Positions 38,705 to 49,600 of a stretch of DNA of 64,000 bases are shown here, piece after piece. Where the stretch lies: assembly GCA_964530625.1 (NCBI GenBank), contig CAZHAK010000007.1, positions 21,938 to 85,937 on the forward strand, read 5' to 3'. Made by a program: the position numbers and the translations under genes. This DNA is from an uncultured Alphaproteobacteria bacterium (GTDB lineage: Bacteria > Electryoneota > RPQS01). Within the stretch, counting starts at the first letter, position 1; each line of letters starts with the position of its first letter. A model generated the notes under the pieces. The model was not told where the DNA came from. It saw only the letters and a program-made list of their open reading frames with translations, and did no database searches.

Positions 38705-40474
38705 TCACTGTGCTTCGAGTCGACCCTGCCGGTCCATCTCCTCGCGCACCTCCTGCATCAGCGGGGCAATCATCGCAGTCGAAAAATCAAACTGAATTCC
38801 CGCCGATTGATATAGCTTCGGCAAAGGCCTCGACCCGCCTAACGACAATCCGTGCTTGTAATCACGCAGCGCATCAGCTTTATTCTTGCGCGAACGACTC
38901 CAAATCTGAAACGCTCCCAACTGCGCAATACCGTATTCAATGTAGTAGAACGGCACTTCAAACAAATGCAACTGCGCATGCCAGCGATAATCGCGAGCCT
39001 CTTCAAAGCCAGTGTGATCCGCACCTGCGCCGAATTTCTCCACTAACCCGCGCCAATAGTTTCGTCGCTCGTCGCGTGTGTGAGTCGGATGAGTGTAAAT
39101 CCAATGCTGAAATGCGTCAATCGTGGCCACCCACGAGAGCAAAGCAATTCGTGCTTCAAGTTCTGTGCGAATCGTGCGCGCTTTGTCGGCTACAGAATAG
39201 AATTCATCCAGCACAGGCATAGCCAAGAGCTCCATGCTCATCGAGGCGACTTCCGAAAACTCCATCGGTGCGTGACGATAAGAATGAAGCGCTTCGTCCC
39301 GCACCGCGAAGGCGTGAAACGCGTGTCCCCCTTCATGCAGCAGCGTGAACACGTCATCGTTTGTCCCGACCGAATTCATAAAAATGAACGGCAACCGCAA
39401 TTCGGCCAAGTCGCTCTGGTATCCACCCGGAGCCTTGCCTTTGCGACTAGTAAGATCGAGCAAGCCAAGCTGGTTCATCCTGTCAAACTGCTCACCCAAC
39501 TCCTGATCTAATTTATGGAAGACCTGTGAGCATTTATCAATCAATTCATCCGATGTGCCGAACGGATGAAGAGGCGGGCGACCAAGCGGATCACAATCCA
39601 TATCCCACGGCTTTAAGGCCTCGACACCCAGAGCTTTCTTGCGATCCTCAGAAGCTTTGCGAAGCACTGGCACCACTAACTCTGCAACCGCAGAGTGATA
39701 AGACGCACAATCCTCCGGAGTGTAATCAAAACGCTCGTATTCGCGGAATTTGTAATCACGAAAATTATCGAAACCCGCGTTCAAGGCAATCTGATGCCGG
39801 ATGCGCAGCATCGCGTCAAAAATATCTTCTAAAGCGTCACGATCCCGCAAGCGCCGCTCTGCGACCAACCGATAAGCCTTTTGACGCACCGAGCGATCCG
39901 CCTCCTCAAGCAAGGCCAACGCGCGCGGAATGGTGATCTCCTGGCCCTTCCATTCAATCGTCATCGAGCCGAAGAGCTTCTGGTACTGCTGTGACAGCCG
40001 CTCAAGTTCGGTTTCCAGCGCGACATTTTCTTCCCGGTAAAGGTTCACCGCGTTTCTGCACGAGCGAAGATACACATCGTATTTCGGCGGCAGAGAGGAG
40101 GCAAAAGGACTCTCCACGAGTTTTCGGTTCAGCCTGTCCTGTGCTTCCTTTATTCTCGGAGAAATCTCCTCCACGAACGTCATAAAGGCATTTTCAGCTT
40201 CCACGTCATCCGTCGCGCACGTCATCGCAATGTAGCGACGCGAGGACTCCTCCGACATAAAGGCCGAAAGTTCGCTCCCGTCAGCAATCCATGCTTCCAA
40301 ATCGTCCGTATTCGCGATCTTGCGCTCCTCAAGATTTACGAAATAGGGTGCTACGTCATCCCAACCCTTCAAAACCAAGTCCGTCCCTAAAAAATGACGC
40401 GGAAACTCAGCTGAAGGCCGGCTGAGTTCCGCGACGCGATTTTCGATCGTCGGCATTCCTATCCACTCTCCCAA
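38705..40474 (-). CDS. pepF: M3 family oligoendopeptidase (PepF-like)
   Basis: The zinc motif is LLHEGGHAFHAF (HExxH). The 589-aa length and helical architecture match M3B, and there is no signal peptide. Confidence 0.8.
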   Translation of the reverse strand: MGEWIGMPTIENRVAELSRPSAEFPRHFLGTDLVLKGWDDVAPYFVNLEERKIANTDDLEAWIADGSELSAFMSEESSRRYIAMTCATDDVEAENAFMTFVEEISPRIKEAQDRLNRKLVESPFASSLPPKYDVYLRSCRNAVNLYREENVALETELERLSQQYQKLFGSMTIEWKGQEITIPRALALLEEADRSVRQKAYRLVAERRLRDRDALEDIFDAMLRIRHQIALNAGFDNFRDYKFREYERFDYTPEDCASYHSAVAELVVPVLRKASEDRKKALGVEALKPWDMDCDPLGRPPLHPFGTSDELIDKCSQVFHKLDQELGEQFDRMNQLGLLDLTSRKGKAPGGYQSDLAELRLPFIFMNSVGTNDDVFTLLHEGGHAFHAFAVRDEALHSYRHAPMEFSEVASMSMELLAMPVLDEFYSVADKARTIRTELEARIALLSWVATIDAFQHWIYTHPTHTRDERRNYWRGLVEKFGAGADHTGFEEARDYRWHAQLHLFEVPFYYIEYGIAQLGAFQIWSRSRKNKADALRDYKHGLSLGGSRPLPKLYQSAGIQFDFSTAMIAPLMQEVREEMDRQGRLEAQ

Positions 40475-40486
40475 AATTAAGTCCCG

Positions 40487-43234
40487 CTAACGATTCGCGG
40501 TGACAATGTAATAACCCAATGTGTCCAATTCAGTCAAATCCACAAACGTGGTTCCCGGAACCGTTCCCAAAATAACTGTGTTGAAAACTGTCGCGGGATA
40601 CTGTGTACCGCGCCAAACCGTATAGTTATTGGCACCCGCTACTGGCTCCCACGTCAATTGCATCCCGTTGTCAATCACCAAGACTGTGAGATCTTCCGGC
40701 GGCAATAGTCCTGATGCCAAGATACACACGTCATCAACCGCAGCCTCAACCAGCGACCCAAGCCCTTGATCCTGTGCTACGAACCGTAACCGCATCTGAC
40801 TGGTCAGTGGGACGAATTCTTCTACAATGAAAATACTGCGCCGCCACTCTTCCCAGTCAACACGCTCATGCAGCATGGACGTCCACGTTGTGCCGCCGTC
40901 ATTCGATATGTCAATATCAAAGTAGTCTTCGCCCGGATTGTTGCCATTGTCATTCGAGTACCAACTGTACAACTCAATCGCAACGTTGCTTTCTTCGCTC
41001 AAATCCCAAACAGGCGAGAGCAGCGTTGTTTTGCCGCCGTCCACGTCATTTGCGCCCGCAGATCCGCCCGCGAGTCCGCTTGTCACAAAACAATTCACAC
41101 CGCTTTCCGTATGATCGTTTTCCGGTTGGCAGACGTTGCCGTTTGTCTCAGTCTGTTCGGGGTCCATCCGATTCCAGATTCCGTTCGTGGCATTGTCTCC
41201 CGGCGCACCTACTGCCCAACCTTGATTATCTGCCTCGAAGTCATAACAGTACAGTTCCTGCGGCATGAAGAAATTCACCGTGGTATCTGCCGATAGCATC
41301 AGTGATTCTTGCACCGCGCCGCGAGTGCCAAAGGCCCGTAAAGTATACGTATTGCCCGTCGGCATCGTCAAAGAGTAAAAGCCTTCGGCGTTGGTCGTTG
41401 CAGGTGCTATGGGTGCGTCTAAAACTTCAACCAATGCATTGGGAATACTCTGACCACCTGAGGTGTAGACATGACCGGATACCACGCCCACGGGAGCCAA
41501 TGTCATCTGCACATTAAGTTCCGTGTCACCACCCTCAGTGATCATTACGTTGTCCATCGTTACGGGCAGATACCCGAATTTCGTAAACACCAAAGTGTAA
41601 GTTCCCGCGCTGGTGGCGATGGAATAGCCACCCGCCGCGTCCGTCAGATCGCTGCGACCGTTTTCAAGAATGGAGACGTCAACGTCCACAAGCGCATTCC
41701 CGGAAGTCATCACGACGCCGGAAACTCTTCCAAGGTTGAAGACTGCTGTAACTGCGGCGTATCCATCGATAAACCCAAATCCAAACGTATTGTCATTGCC
41801 GACGGATCCATACCCGGAATCAATGGCCGTGTTTATCAGTGCCTCTTTAATCGTAATCGGATCACAATCCGGGCACGCTTGACGCATCAACGCGACAATG
41901 CCCGCGACGTGCGGCCCCGCCATTGACGTTCCGCTATATGCTCCATTGTAACCGCCGCCGGGGACACTTGAGTAAACATTCACACCGGGTGCCACAATCT
42001 CGGGCTTGATATGAGTTCCGGCACAAGGGCTTGGACCGCGGCTGGAAAAACTCGCGATCGCATAGGGCGGTTGACTTGCCGCGGCGACTTCCACAGCGCC
42101 GACAGAAAACATTTGAACTTCACTCAGCGCGTGAATTGCCGGACTGCGATGCGTCGTGGCATTCGGACCTTCGTTACCCGCACTGAATGTAACAACACAA
42201 CCCAGAGCCTCAAGATTCACAATCGCCGTGTTCCAGAAATCCCAACATTGCGTGTAGCCAGGAAAATTCTGATTGACGCCCCAACTGTTTTGCACAATGT
42301 CCGGCACGTCGTCAATCGTTTGAGGATCGCCGTCCGGATTTGCAAACCACTGAAAGGCGTTGATTACGTCGTTGTTGAAGTCGTTGCTCACTCCTTGATC
42401 TATCGCGTTGCATGCAATCCACTCTGCGTCCGGTGCGCTCCCGACCGTGTTGGTATCATTACCGGAAATCGCGCGACCGCACATCGTGCCCATGACGTGC
42501 GTGCCGTGATTGTTGTCATCGGACGGAAAAGTCGTCGGCACGGCATTCAGCACATCCAGCCAACCCGCCGATGCCCCCGCCGTCAGTCCGCGCCAGCGTG
42601 AGGCCAATGCCGGGTGATTGCCGTCAACTCCGGTGTCCAGATTTGCCACCAGCACACCCTGTCCGGTGATTCCCAACTCTCGATTCACGCGCGTCGCACC
42701 GATTGCATTCTGACCCGGAGTCAATTGCTCCGTGTCCAACGGATTGCGACCCGGTCGGTGCATTTCATCGTCGTCCTCCGCAGGAGTGTCCCCGCGGATA
42801 GGCTCAATCAGTACTGCCTGAAAGTTTTCCGATAAAGCGCGAATATCACTGCGATGCCTCAGCGCGTTGAAAAACTCGGGTTTTGCGCTGACTACAAACA
42901 AATTCTCAATCCAGTAACCCGTATAGCCCTCAACCAGACCTGTCGCTTTTCCAGCGTCCAATTCGCCGATAAACTTCGGCTGAGTCTGCGCCGCGTTCGA
43001 GCGTAGAGCGTTGTAAACCTCCGCGTATCGCTGTGCGCGTTTTGCGCCCTGCGCATGTAGCGCGAGATCGAGCATCCGGATGTCAATCGGATTCTCTAAA
43101 ATCACGATGCCGGACACGAATTCGCCCGTGCCGGCAAAGCTAAGTTCAAGATCAAAATTCGGTGACACTTCCGCTGCCGGCGCAAACCCTGCGGCAAGTC
43201 CCAAGACGAGCGTTGCAATAGCCCAGTTCCTCAT
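40487..43234 (-). CDS. Secreted subtilisin-like S8 peptidase, a paralog of the 820-4221 gene, with a C-terminal FN3-like domain and no T9SS CTD
   Basis: Signal peptide MRNWAIATLVLGLAAGFAPA. The propeptide region GYTGYWIENLFVVSA is shared with its paralogs. Motifs: VLVANLDTGVDGNH, HGTHVMGTMCG, GTSMAGPHVAGIVALM. It ends with ...LTWEPVAGANNYTVWRG...GYYIVTANR. Confidence 0.85.
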   Translation of the reverse strand: MRNWAIATLVLGLAAGFAPAAEVSPNFDLELSFAGTGEFVSGIVILENPIDIRMLDLALHAQGAKRAQRYAEVYNALRSNAAQTQPKFIGELDAGKATGLVEGYTGYWIENLFVVSAKPEFFNALRHRSDIRALSENFQAVLIEPIRGDTPAEDDDEMHRPGRNPLDTEQLTPGQNAIGATRVNRELGITGQGVLVANLDTGVDGNHPALASRWRGLTAGASAGWLDVLNAVPTTFPSDDNNHGTHVMGTMCGRAISGNDTNTVGSAPDAEWIACNAIDQGVSNDFNNDVINAFQWFANPDGDPQTIDDVPDIVQNSWGVNQNFPGYTQCWDFWNTAIVNLEALGCVVTFSAGNEGPNATTHRSPAIHALSEVQMFSVGAVEVAAASQPPYAIASFSSRGPSPCAGTHIKPEIVAPGVNVYSSVPGGGYNGAYSGTSMAGPHVAGIVALMRQACPDCDPITIKEALINTAIDSGYGSVGNDNTFGFGFIDGYAAVTAVFNLGRVSGVVMTSGNALVDVDVSILENGRSDLTDAAGGYSIATSAGTYTLVFTKFGYLPVTMDNVMITEGGDTELNVQMTLAPVGVVSGHVYTSGGQSIPNALVEVLDAPIAPATTNAEGFYSLTMPTGNTYTLRAFGTRGAVQESLMLSADTTVNFFMPQELYCYDFEADNQGWAVGAPGDNATNGIWNRMDPEQTETNGNVCQPENDHTESGVNCFVTSGLAGGSAGANDVDGGKTTLLSPVWDLSEESNVAIELYSWYSNDNGNNPGEDYFDIDISNDGGTTWTSMLHERVDWEEWRRSIFIVEEFVPLTSQMRLRFVAQDQGLGSLVEAAVDDVCILASGLLPPEDLTVLVIDNGMQLTWEPVAGANNYTVWRGTQYPATVFNTVILGTVPGTTFVDLTELDTLGYYIVTANR

Positions 43235-43263
43235 TATCTTCCTCGCTAGTTAGGAGATGCTAT

Positions 43264-45792
43264 CTATCTTTCAGACACTACAAAAAAGTACTCCGGCCCG
43301 GTCAAATCCACCGTCGTCAGATATTCGATGTTCGCGGTCGTGCCGATCAGCGTCGAGTTGCCAATGGTTGGAGGCCAAATCTCGCTACTCCAAACTGAAT
43401 AGTGATCGGCGTTGTCAGCTGCCGACCAGCGCAAATGCGCGTCGCCGTTCTCGATTGAAATGGTCAAGTCGTCAACCGCCAACGGAACGAGGCTCTCGCT
43501 TGCGTCTATTGTCACCGGCACACTCAGCACCGGAGTGATCGAATCATTCGAGTTGAGCCTCAGCGTGGCCAGCGACGGTCCCTCTGGTAAACAGCACGAC
43601 GACAATCTCAGCGTAACAATCTGCTGTCCGCCTATCGCTACACTTCCAGAAACCGGGATCGTCTGCACCGCCGGTTCCGGACAAAACTTGATTGCCAGAT
43701 TGTTGGCGATAAATGCGCCGTTGTAGATCACAGCCGTTCCCTTTGTCCGGTCGCTGTTCTGCATTCCGATCGTCGCAGACTCAAGGCGGTTCACGCCCAT
43801 ATTGCCGTACTGATACGTCACCGAACCGTCGGCTGTCAAAATCATTTCGAAATTGTAGACGCCGCTGCCCGAATAGCTCTGTACGTTCTGGAATGACACG
43901 ATAAACGAATCCACGTTGTTCGTCCAACGGCGCACGTTGGTTCCCGCGCGCTGCGGGCTCAAATCATCCCACCAACAAGCAAGAATGTTCTCTGGTGCAG
44001 TAATGCTCGGCAGTTGCGTATTGCTGTAAGACGTCGCACCGGTAGCCGTGGATGTAAATGAAATCCATCCGTTTGCCGCGACACGCACTTGCGAATAGCT
44101 ATCACCGTAAAACGGAAAACTGAATCCGATCGCATACGGGCCAAGATTTTGATCGTCCTGCGTAAACGACACCTGAGTGCCGACGGTGCTGATATCAACC
44201 CAAGCGTAAGCCGGGCCGCCCGTCACACGACTGTCAATCCACCTCCCGCCGCCAATACTTGCACCATAGTCTGTCATGTTAAAATCGAGTTCGTTCGAAT
44301 TCCATGTCAATTCGGCGTCGCCATTGTTCTCAATAGTCAAGTTCACGTCGTAGGTATCGCACAACGGAACGATTTCTGAGAAATTTGCGGGAACCACCGC
44401 AATCTCAGCACGAGGAGCGGGATTCAATTGAATATTCAATACCGTCGGAGTGCCGCCAACTACGGTTACGTTGTTAACGGTCTGACCGATAAAACCCGGA
44501 GCGGTGAACGTCAAAGAATACGTTCCCGGTCGCAGCATCCGGAAGTAGTCGCCGTGCAAAGCCGTGCTATAGGTCAAGTAGGGAATATTCGCCAACATGA
44601 CGTTCGCCCGAACTGGATGACCCGTTGAAGCATCTGTTATAATTCCGCGCACGCCCTCGCGAGCCTGCTGTAAGTAGTTGATCATTGCTTGACGATTCTC
44701 GTTCCACAAACTATCCAGCGCGCTTTCGGGGCCGGACTTCGTATGTGAAACCTCCATTGTCACTTCTTTGCAGCCCATCCAGACGTAGTTCCAATCCTGC
44801 ATTCCGCCGTTCACATGATACCAATCCGCGCCATTGGTCGTGCCGTCCGGTGGAAATTGATTGCTGCCGAACATCGTCGGATTTTCCTGCGCGTACACCA
44901 ACGAAATATGATAGAAGAGCGCGTTCTCAGGCGAGGGAGAAAAGATACTCTGACCCGTGTAATTGCTGTCCCACGGGTAGTTTGCGACGATTGTTCCCCC
45001 GTGAAAATTCGCCGAGATAACGAAGGTTCGTGTCGCCGAAAAATTCATCACCGCCGCAGTTTCGGCTTCCCGGCCGGTCGTCGTATTCGTCGAGTCGTTC
45101 ACACGATCCGGGAAATCCCGGTTCAAGTCGATCCCGTTCGCGTTAAATCTTTGACCCAACGACCCCACGTCGCGTCCGTCGGGATTCATCAACGGCATAA
45201 TGTATATTTCAAAGTCATTCACGAGGCCTGTCAATTCCGGATCAATGCCGTAGCCCGTAAGCAGCGTATCGATCAGTTTCATGCAATTCTCAAGCCCGGT
45301 CACTTCATCCCCGTGCATCGAAGAAATGTACTTTACTTCGATTTCCGGTTCATCCACCCCGACGTTATCGGAAACTTTTGCCATCAGCATCGGACGCCCC
45401 TGCACACTATTGCCGATGTTCTGCCATGAAAACAGAGTCGGATAAGCCGCAGCCCAGGCGATAAAATCGGCCTGAATATCCGCATTCTCGTGGTACTCAT
45501 CCAAACTTCCGTGCTCAACGCGTTCTTCCGGCAGCCAGCGTACCGAAAAGCCACGCGCGCGCAGCGCATCAAAATCCTCCGGAAGCAGATAAACATGCGG
45601 CACCGGTCCCCTATAATGATCAAAAATACCACCCGCATCTTGAATCAACTGCGCGTCCAGCGGAGACTTGATTTCAATCTCGGCCAATCTTGAATTCAAC
45701 ATGTTCTTCTTCACGGGTCGCGCTTGAGGCGCGACTGCTATGACAAAACATGCGACTATTACTAATAACAACTGATACGTTCGTAGCATCAT
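43264..45792 (-). CDS. Secreted M14 family zinc carboxypeptidase with C-terminal beta-sandwich and FN3-like domains
   Basis: The start is at the internal Met (MMLRTYQLLLVIVACFVIAVAPQA). YISSMHGDEVTG is the HxxE zinc site. NFHGG holds the third zinc His. It has a long C-terminal extension. Confidence 0.8.
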   Translation of the reverse strand: MMLRTYQLLLVIVACFVIAVAPQARPVKKNMLNSRLAEIEIKSPLDAQLIQDAGGIFDHYRGPVPHVYLLPEDFDALRARGFSVRWLPEERVEHGSLDEYHENADIQADFIAWAAAYPTLFSWQNIGNSVQGRPMLMAKVSDNVGVDEPEIEVKYISSMHGDEVTGLENCMKLIDTLLTGYGIDPELTGLVNDFEIYIMPLMNPDGRDVGSLGQRFNANGIDLNRDFPDRVNDSTNTTTGREAETAAVMNFSATRTFVISANFHGGTIVANYPWDSNYTGQSIFSPSPENALFYHISLVYAQENPTMFGSNQFPPDGTTNGADWYHVNGGMQDWNYVWMGCKEVTMEVSHTKSGPESALDSLWNENRQAMINYLQQAREGVRGIITDASTGHPVRANVMLANIPYLTYSTALHGDYFRMLRPGTYSLTFTAPGFIGQTVNNVTVVGGTPTVLNIQLNPAPRAEIAVVPANFSEIVPLCDTYDVNLTIENNGDAELTWNSNELDFNMTDYGASIGGGRWIDSRVTGGPAYAWVDISTVGTQVSFTQDDQNLGPYAIGFSFPFYGDSYSQVRVAANGWISFTSTATGATSYSNTQLPSITAPENILACWWDDLSPQRAGTNVRRWTNNVDSFIVSFQNVQSYSGSGVYNFEMILTADGSVTYQYGNMGVNRLESATIGMQNSDRTKGTAVIYNGAFIANNLAIKFCPEPAVQTIPVSGSVAIGGQQIVTLRLSSCCLPEGPSLATLRLNSNDSITPVLSVPVTIDASESLVPLAVDDLTISIENGDAHLRWSAADNADHYSVWSSEIWPPTIGNSTLIGTTANIEYLTTVDLTGPEYFFVVSER

Positions 45793-45808
45793 TTCACCTG
45801 CTCTAAGT

Positions 45809-46633
45809 TTAGTCAACCCCGGCGTTCGAATGCAGTTCAATCCACTCGCTCCATGAACCCGGATATAGTTTCAAATCTGTGTAGCCGGCTTGATCCATTG
45901 CCCATAACAATTGGCAAGCCGTCACACCCGACCCGCAGTAGGCCGTGACGGCTTGCTGATCATGCACACCTAATCTTTCGAAAGCCTCACGCAATTCAGT
46001 CTTGCTCTTCAGTTGCGGAGGATCGCCCGTCATAAGCTCCGAAAGCGGCATGTTGCTCGCGCCTTCAATGTGCCCTGCGCGTTTGTCAAGCGGCTCGATC
46101 TCGCCTTGATAACGTTCTGAGGCACGTGCGTCAAGTACGGCTTCTCCGGCTGCGATACTTTGCGCAACAGCACGGGCATCCACCATCAACTCTTCCCGCA
46201 GTCGAATCTCAAACGGAGCCACGGAAGAAACTGCTTTCTCTGCAGTCTCGACTGCGCGTCCTTCCGCCTTCCACTTGGCAAATCCCCCATCCAGCACGGC
46301 CACGTCATCAACGCCAATCCACCGAAGCAGCCACCACAGCCGCGCGGCCAGCTTAAAGCCCTTTGCTTCCGTACAAATAACGCGCCTGCCCTGCCCAATT
46401 CCCTTGCGAGCAAGTCGCTTAACAAGCTCTTCAGGAGTCGGGAGTGGATGACGGCCCTTGGAAAAATCTCCGACTTCCGACAGATCCAAATCCACATCCA
46501 CAAACACCGCGTTTGGAATGTGGCCCTCCAAATAGCTTGCGTACGCCGCCTTTGGATCCATGTGAACCCAGCGTATATCGGCAATCACAATCCCGGGATC
46601 ATTGATGTACTCGGCCAGCCAGTCCGTCGTCAC
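45809..46633 (-). CDS. sseA: 3-mercaptopyruvate/thiosulfate sulfurtransferase (tandem rhodanese domains)
   Basis: The active-site loop is YCGSGVTACQL. There are two rhodanese domains. A GTG start at 46633 gives MTTDWLAEYINDPGIVIADIRW, a typical SseA N-terminus. The longer ORF in the track (to 46990) overlaps the upstream beta-helix gene and is rejected. Confidence 0.75.
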   Translation of the reverse strand: MTTDWLAEYINDPGIVIADIRWVHMDPKAAYASYLEGHIPNAVFVDVDLDLSEVGDFSKGRHPLPTPEELVKRLARKGIGQGRRVICTEAKGFKLAARLWWLLRWIGVDDVAVLDGGFAKWKAEGRAVETAEKAVSSVAPFEIRLREELMVDARAVAQSIAAGEAVLDARASERYQGEIEPLDKRAGHIEGASNMPLSELMTGDPPQLKSKTELREAFERLGVHDQQAVTAYCGSGVTACQLLWAMDQAGYTDLKLYPGSWSEWIELHSNAGVD

Positions 46634-46644
46634 AATCTGTGTCG

Positions 46645-49600
46645 TCAAGGCTGCGGCTCTGCCAATACTTGAAAGAATCCCTTCACCGGGTGAACCGGGC
46701 CAATAAACTGAAAAACTGTAAAGGTGTCCGTCGTTATCACGACGGTCGAGAGAAAACTCCCGCTCATGCTCGAGTCCGTCTTGACTGTAAACAGAGCCGG
46801 AACATTGTAGCTCCAATGCAGCCACACGCTGTCCGAATTCGCGCGAATCATCAAGTCCTCGATCGGCGCAAGCGGTTCGCCAAGCTGCGGACCGTGATAC
46901 CCCTGATCGGGTCTGGATATGTCTGCGATGAAATCGATGCGAGTCGTTCCTTCCGGAGCAATCAACAGCGTGTCCCCGGCATTCACACACGGAGATTGCA
47001 CGCTATCTCCCGTCGAAAGCTGCGCCAAATAGAATCCGTGACCCGATCCGCTCACCCACTGGGGATCCAATTGAATGTTGTAGTAGCGGTCACACGGATC
47101 ACTGTTCGAGTTCAAGCTGTCCAATATGCCAATACTCGCCGGCCCCTGATTAGGGGTGTCCGCAAAGAATGCGAAATTCGCGGAGTCATTCTGCGCCACG
47201 CAATTGTAGCGTACGACAGACGTCGATGTCACGAAGAAAAACATCCCGTCGCCGTGATTCTTGGCGATGATATTGTTCTTCACCTGCGGGGAGCCAAAAC
47301 GAATGTAAACTCCCGCGCCATCCACTCCACTGTTTCCTGAAATCGTGTTGAACTGGAGCGTTGCGCTCGCGCTGCCCACCCATATCGCGCCGCCCGCAGG
47401 TGCGCTGTTATTCAAAAGCAAATTATTCCTGACAAGCGTGGGTGACGTGTCCAAATGAATTCCGCCCCCTGTTGCAGAAGCGGAATTCCCTTCAATCCTG
47501 CTATTCAAAATCTGCCCGGTCGCACTCTTTGCCAAAAGTGCCCCGCCTGCCTTCGCAGATCCGCCTGCCATCACGCAATCGTCAATAATCGGATTGGAGT
47601 TCGTTGCCGCACAAACTATTCCGCCCGAGTCGGCAGAACTGCTTGAGAGAAAACATTCCGTAAATACTGGCGAAGACTGTGTCAGATAAACCGCGCCGCC
47701 CTGCAACGCTTTGTGCCGCGAGATCGAGCAATGAACGAACGACGGTGAAACACCGCTTAGCCAAATCGCTCCGCCCTGTGTCCGTGAAGTTGTCAGGGCC
47801 CACGAGTCACTCCAACCGACATAGTCAAAAGCGCTCGCTCCGGCGCTACCGCTCATGGTAATCCCACGCCAGCGACCCGGATTGCTCACGGTGTCTGTAG
47901 CAAACAAAATAGAATCTGAAACGTTTCCTATCGCAGTTACAACCCCCTTAACATCCATGCCGCATGGACCACAGAACAATAACGTGGTTCCCGCCGCAAT
48001 CGTCAAATCTTCCCCCGTATTCACGACGATATCCGCGAAGACTTTCACGGTATCGGGTCCAAGAGTACCTGATTGCGGTCCGAAAATTCCTACTGGCGAA
48101 ACTCCAAACGCACTCTCAATCGCGCCCATATCCGGCAAGCTTAAGAGTGGCAGAGGTCTATTCTCCCCGACAATGTCTTGTGCCAAGGTGTTCCAATTCC
48201 CCGAACCTATGGCAGAGCTGTTCGCACTCAAACTCCAGTCACCGTTTGCCGTATCAGCAAACATCGGATCTGAAAATACATTCAAGAATGTGTCACAGGA
48301 ATCGCCGTTCATGTTTTGAGCCACCGGAACCCCGATAAACTCAGGACCCTGCGCAGCATCGTTCTCCAAATAACCTATTGTTCCCCTTAAAAGTGAATAC
48401 GCAATCCGCGAATTCTTAGACGCACCAAAATACACATTATTGCTCGTCGACTCCGCGATGATGGAATTCTCAATATCTGCAACGGTGGATTCAAGTCGCA
48501 ACCCGCCATTAATGCTGCCGCCGATCGTGCAATGCCTGAGCGCAATCTTACTGCTATTGGCCGTCGCAAGCCCGCCTCCCAACGCCAACGATTTATTCTT
48601 CGTAATCAGGCAGTTCGTGGCCGAAAGTGTGCTCTGATTCGTCGAAATCCCGCCGCCGTTCAAAGTCGAAGTATTCTTCAATATCTCGCATGAGTTAAAC
48701 ACCGCATCCGCAGTTTCCCACAGATGCACACCGCCGCCCTCGTCACTGGCTTGGTTCCAGCGAACCCGACATCCGTTTAACGTCGGCTGTGATTGTCGAA
48801 TGGAGAGGCCGCCGCCGTTGCCCAGACTTGTGTTGCTGTCAAAATCACAATTTGTAAAGATCGGGTGCGCATTGTTTCGCAAGAACACACCACCTCCGTA
48901 AAGCCCTGCCGTGTTCTGCTTCACCACACAATTATTAAATGTCGGTGCGCCGTCTAACGTGACCCAGATTCCCGCGCCTTCGCCGACGCAGATATTGCCG
49001 CGCACTTCACACTCTTCAAACAGCCCGTTAGAGGTCGCTCGGTAGCTGTGAATCCCTCCGCCGTCATCTGCTGACGTATTCATCAAGACCTTGCACCGCA
49101 GCATATGCGGAGAGGATTCCCAAATGTAAACTCCGCCTCCGTCAAACTCAATAGTGTAGTTCCGCTCGATCAAACAATCGTAAATCAGAGGAGAAGAATT
49201 CTCACAAACAATGCCACCCCCATGACCGCGTCCCTGATTGGCTCGCATCGTCGAACTGTCAATCCGCCCTGTGGAATTTTTAAACACCAACCCTCCGCCG
49301 TTTATTCTTGCAAAATTGCTGTCAAACAAACAATGAGACAGTTGTGGTGAACCTCCGCGCAAATAAGCCCCGCCGCCGCTGCCGGAACTTGCGCTATTTT
49401 TGAAGAATCGCGAATACGTAACCACGCTGCCAATGGTATTATTTAGGAACAGCCCCGCGCCTTCGGCACGAGATACATTCCGTTCAAAGAAGCAGGAATC
49501 CATCCACAGAGTTGAGGATGTCACATACACTGCCCCACCGGCGACTTCCGCGCGATTTCTCCTGAAACTCGTGTGTTCAACTCGCAGAACGGATCCCCCA

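Noticed and set aside
46634-46990. N-terminal 119-aa extension of the rhodanese ORF
   Set aside because: It overlaps the 3' end of the beta-helix gene and has no rhodanese similarity. An in-frame GTG at 46633 gives a canonical SseA start.
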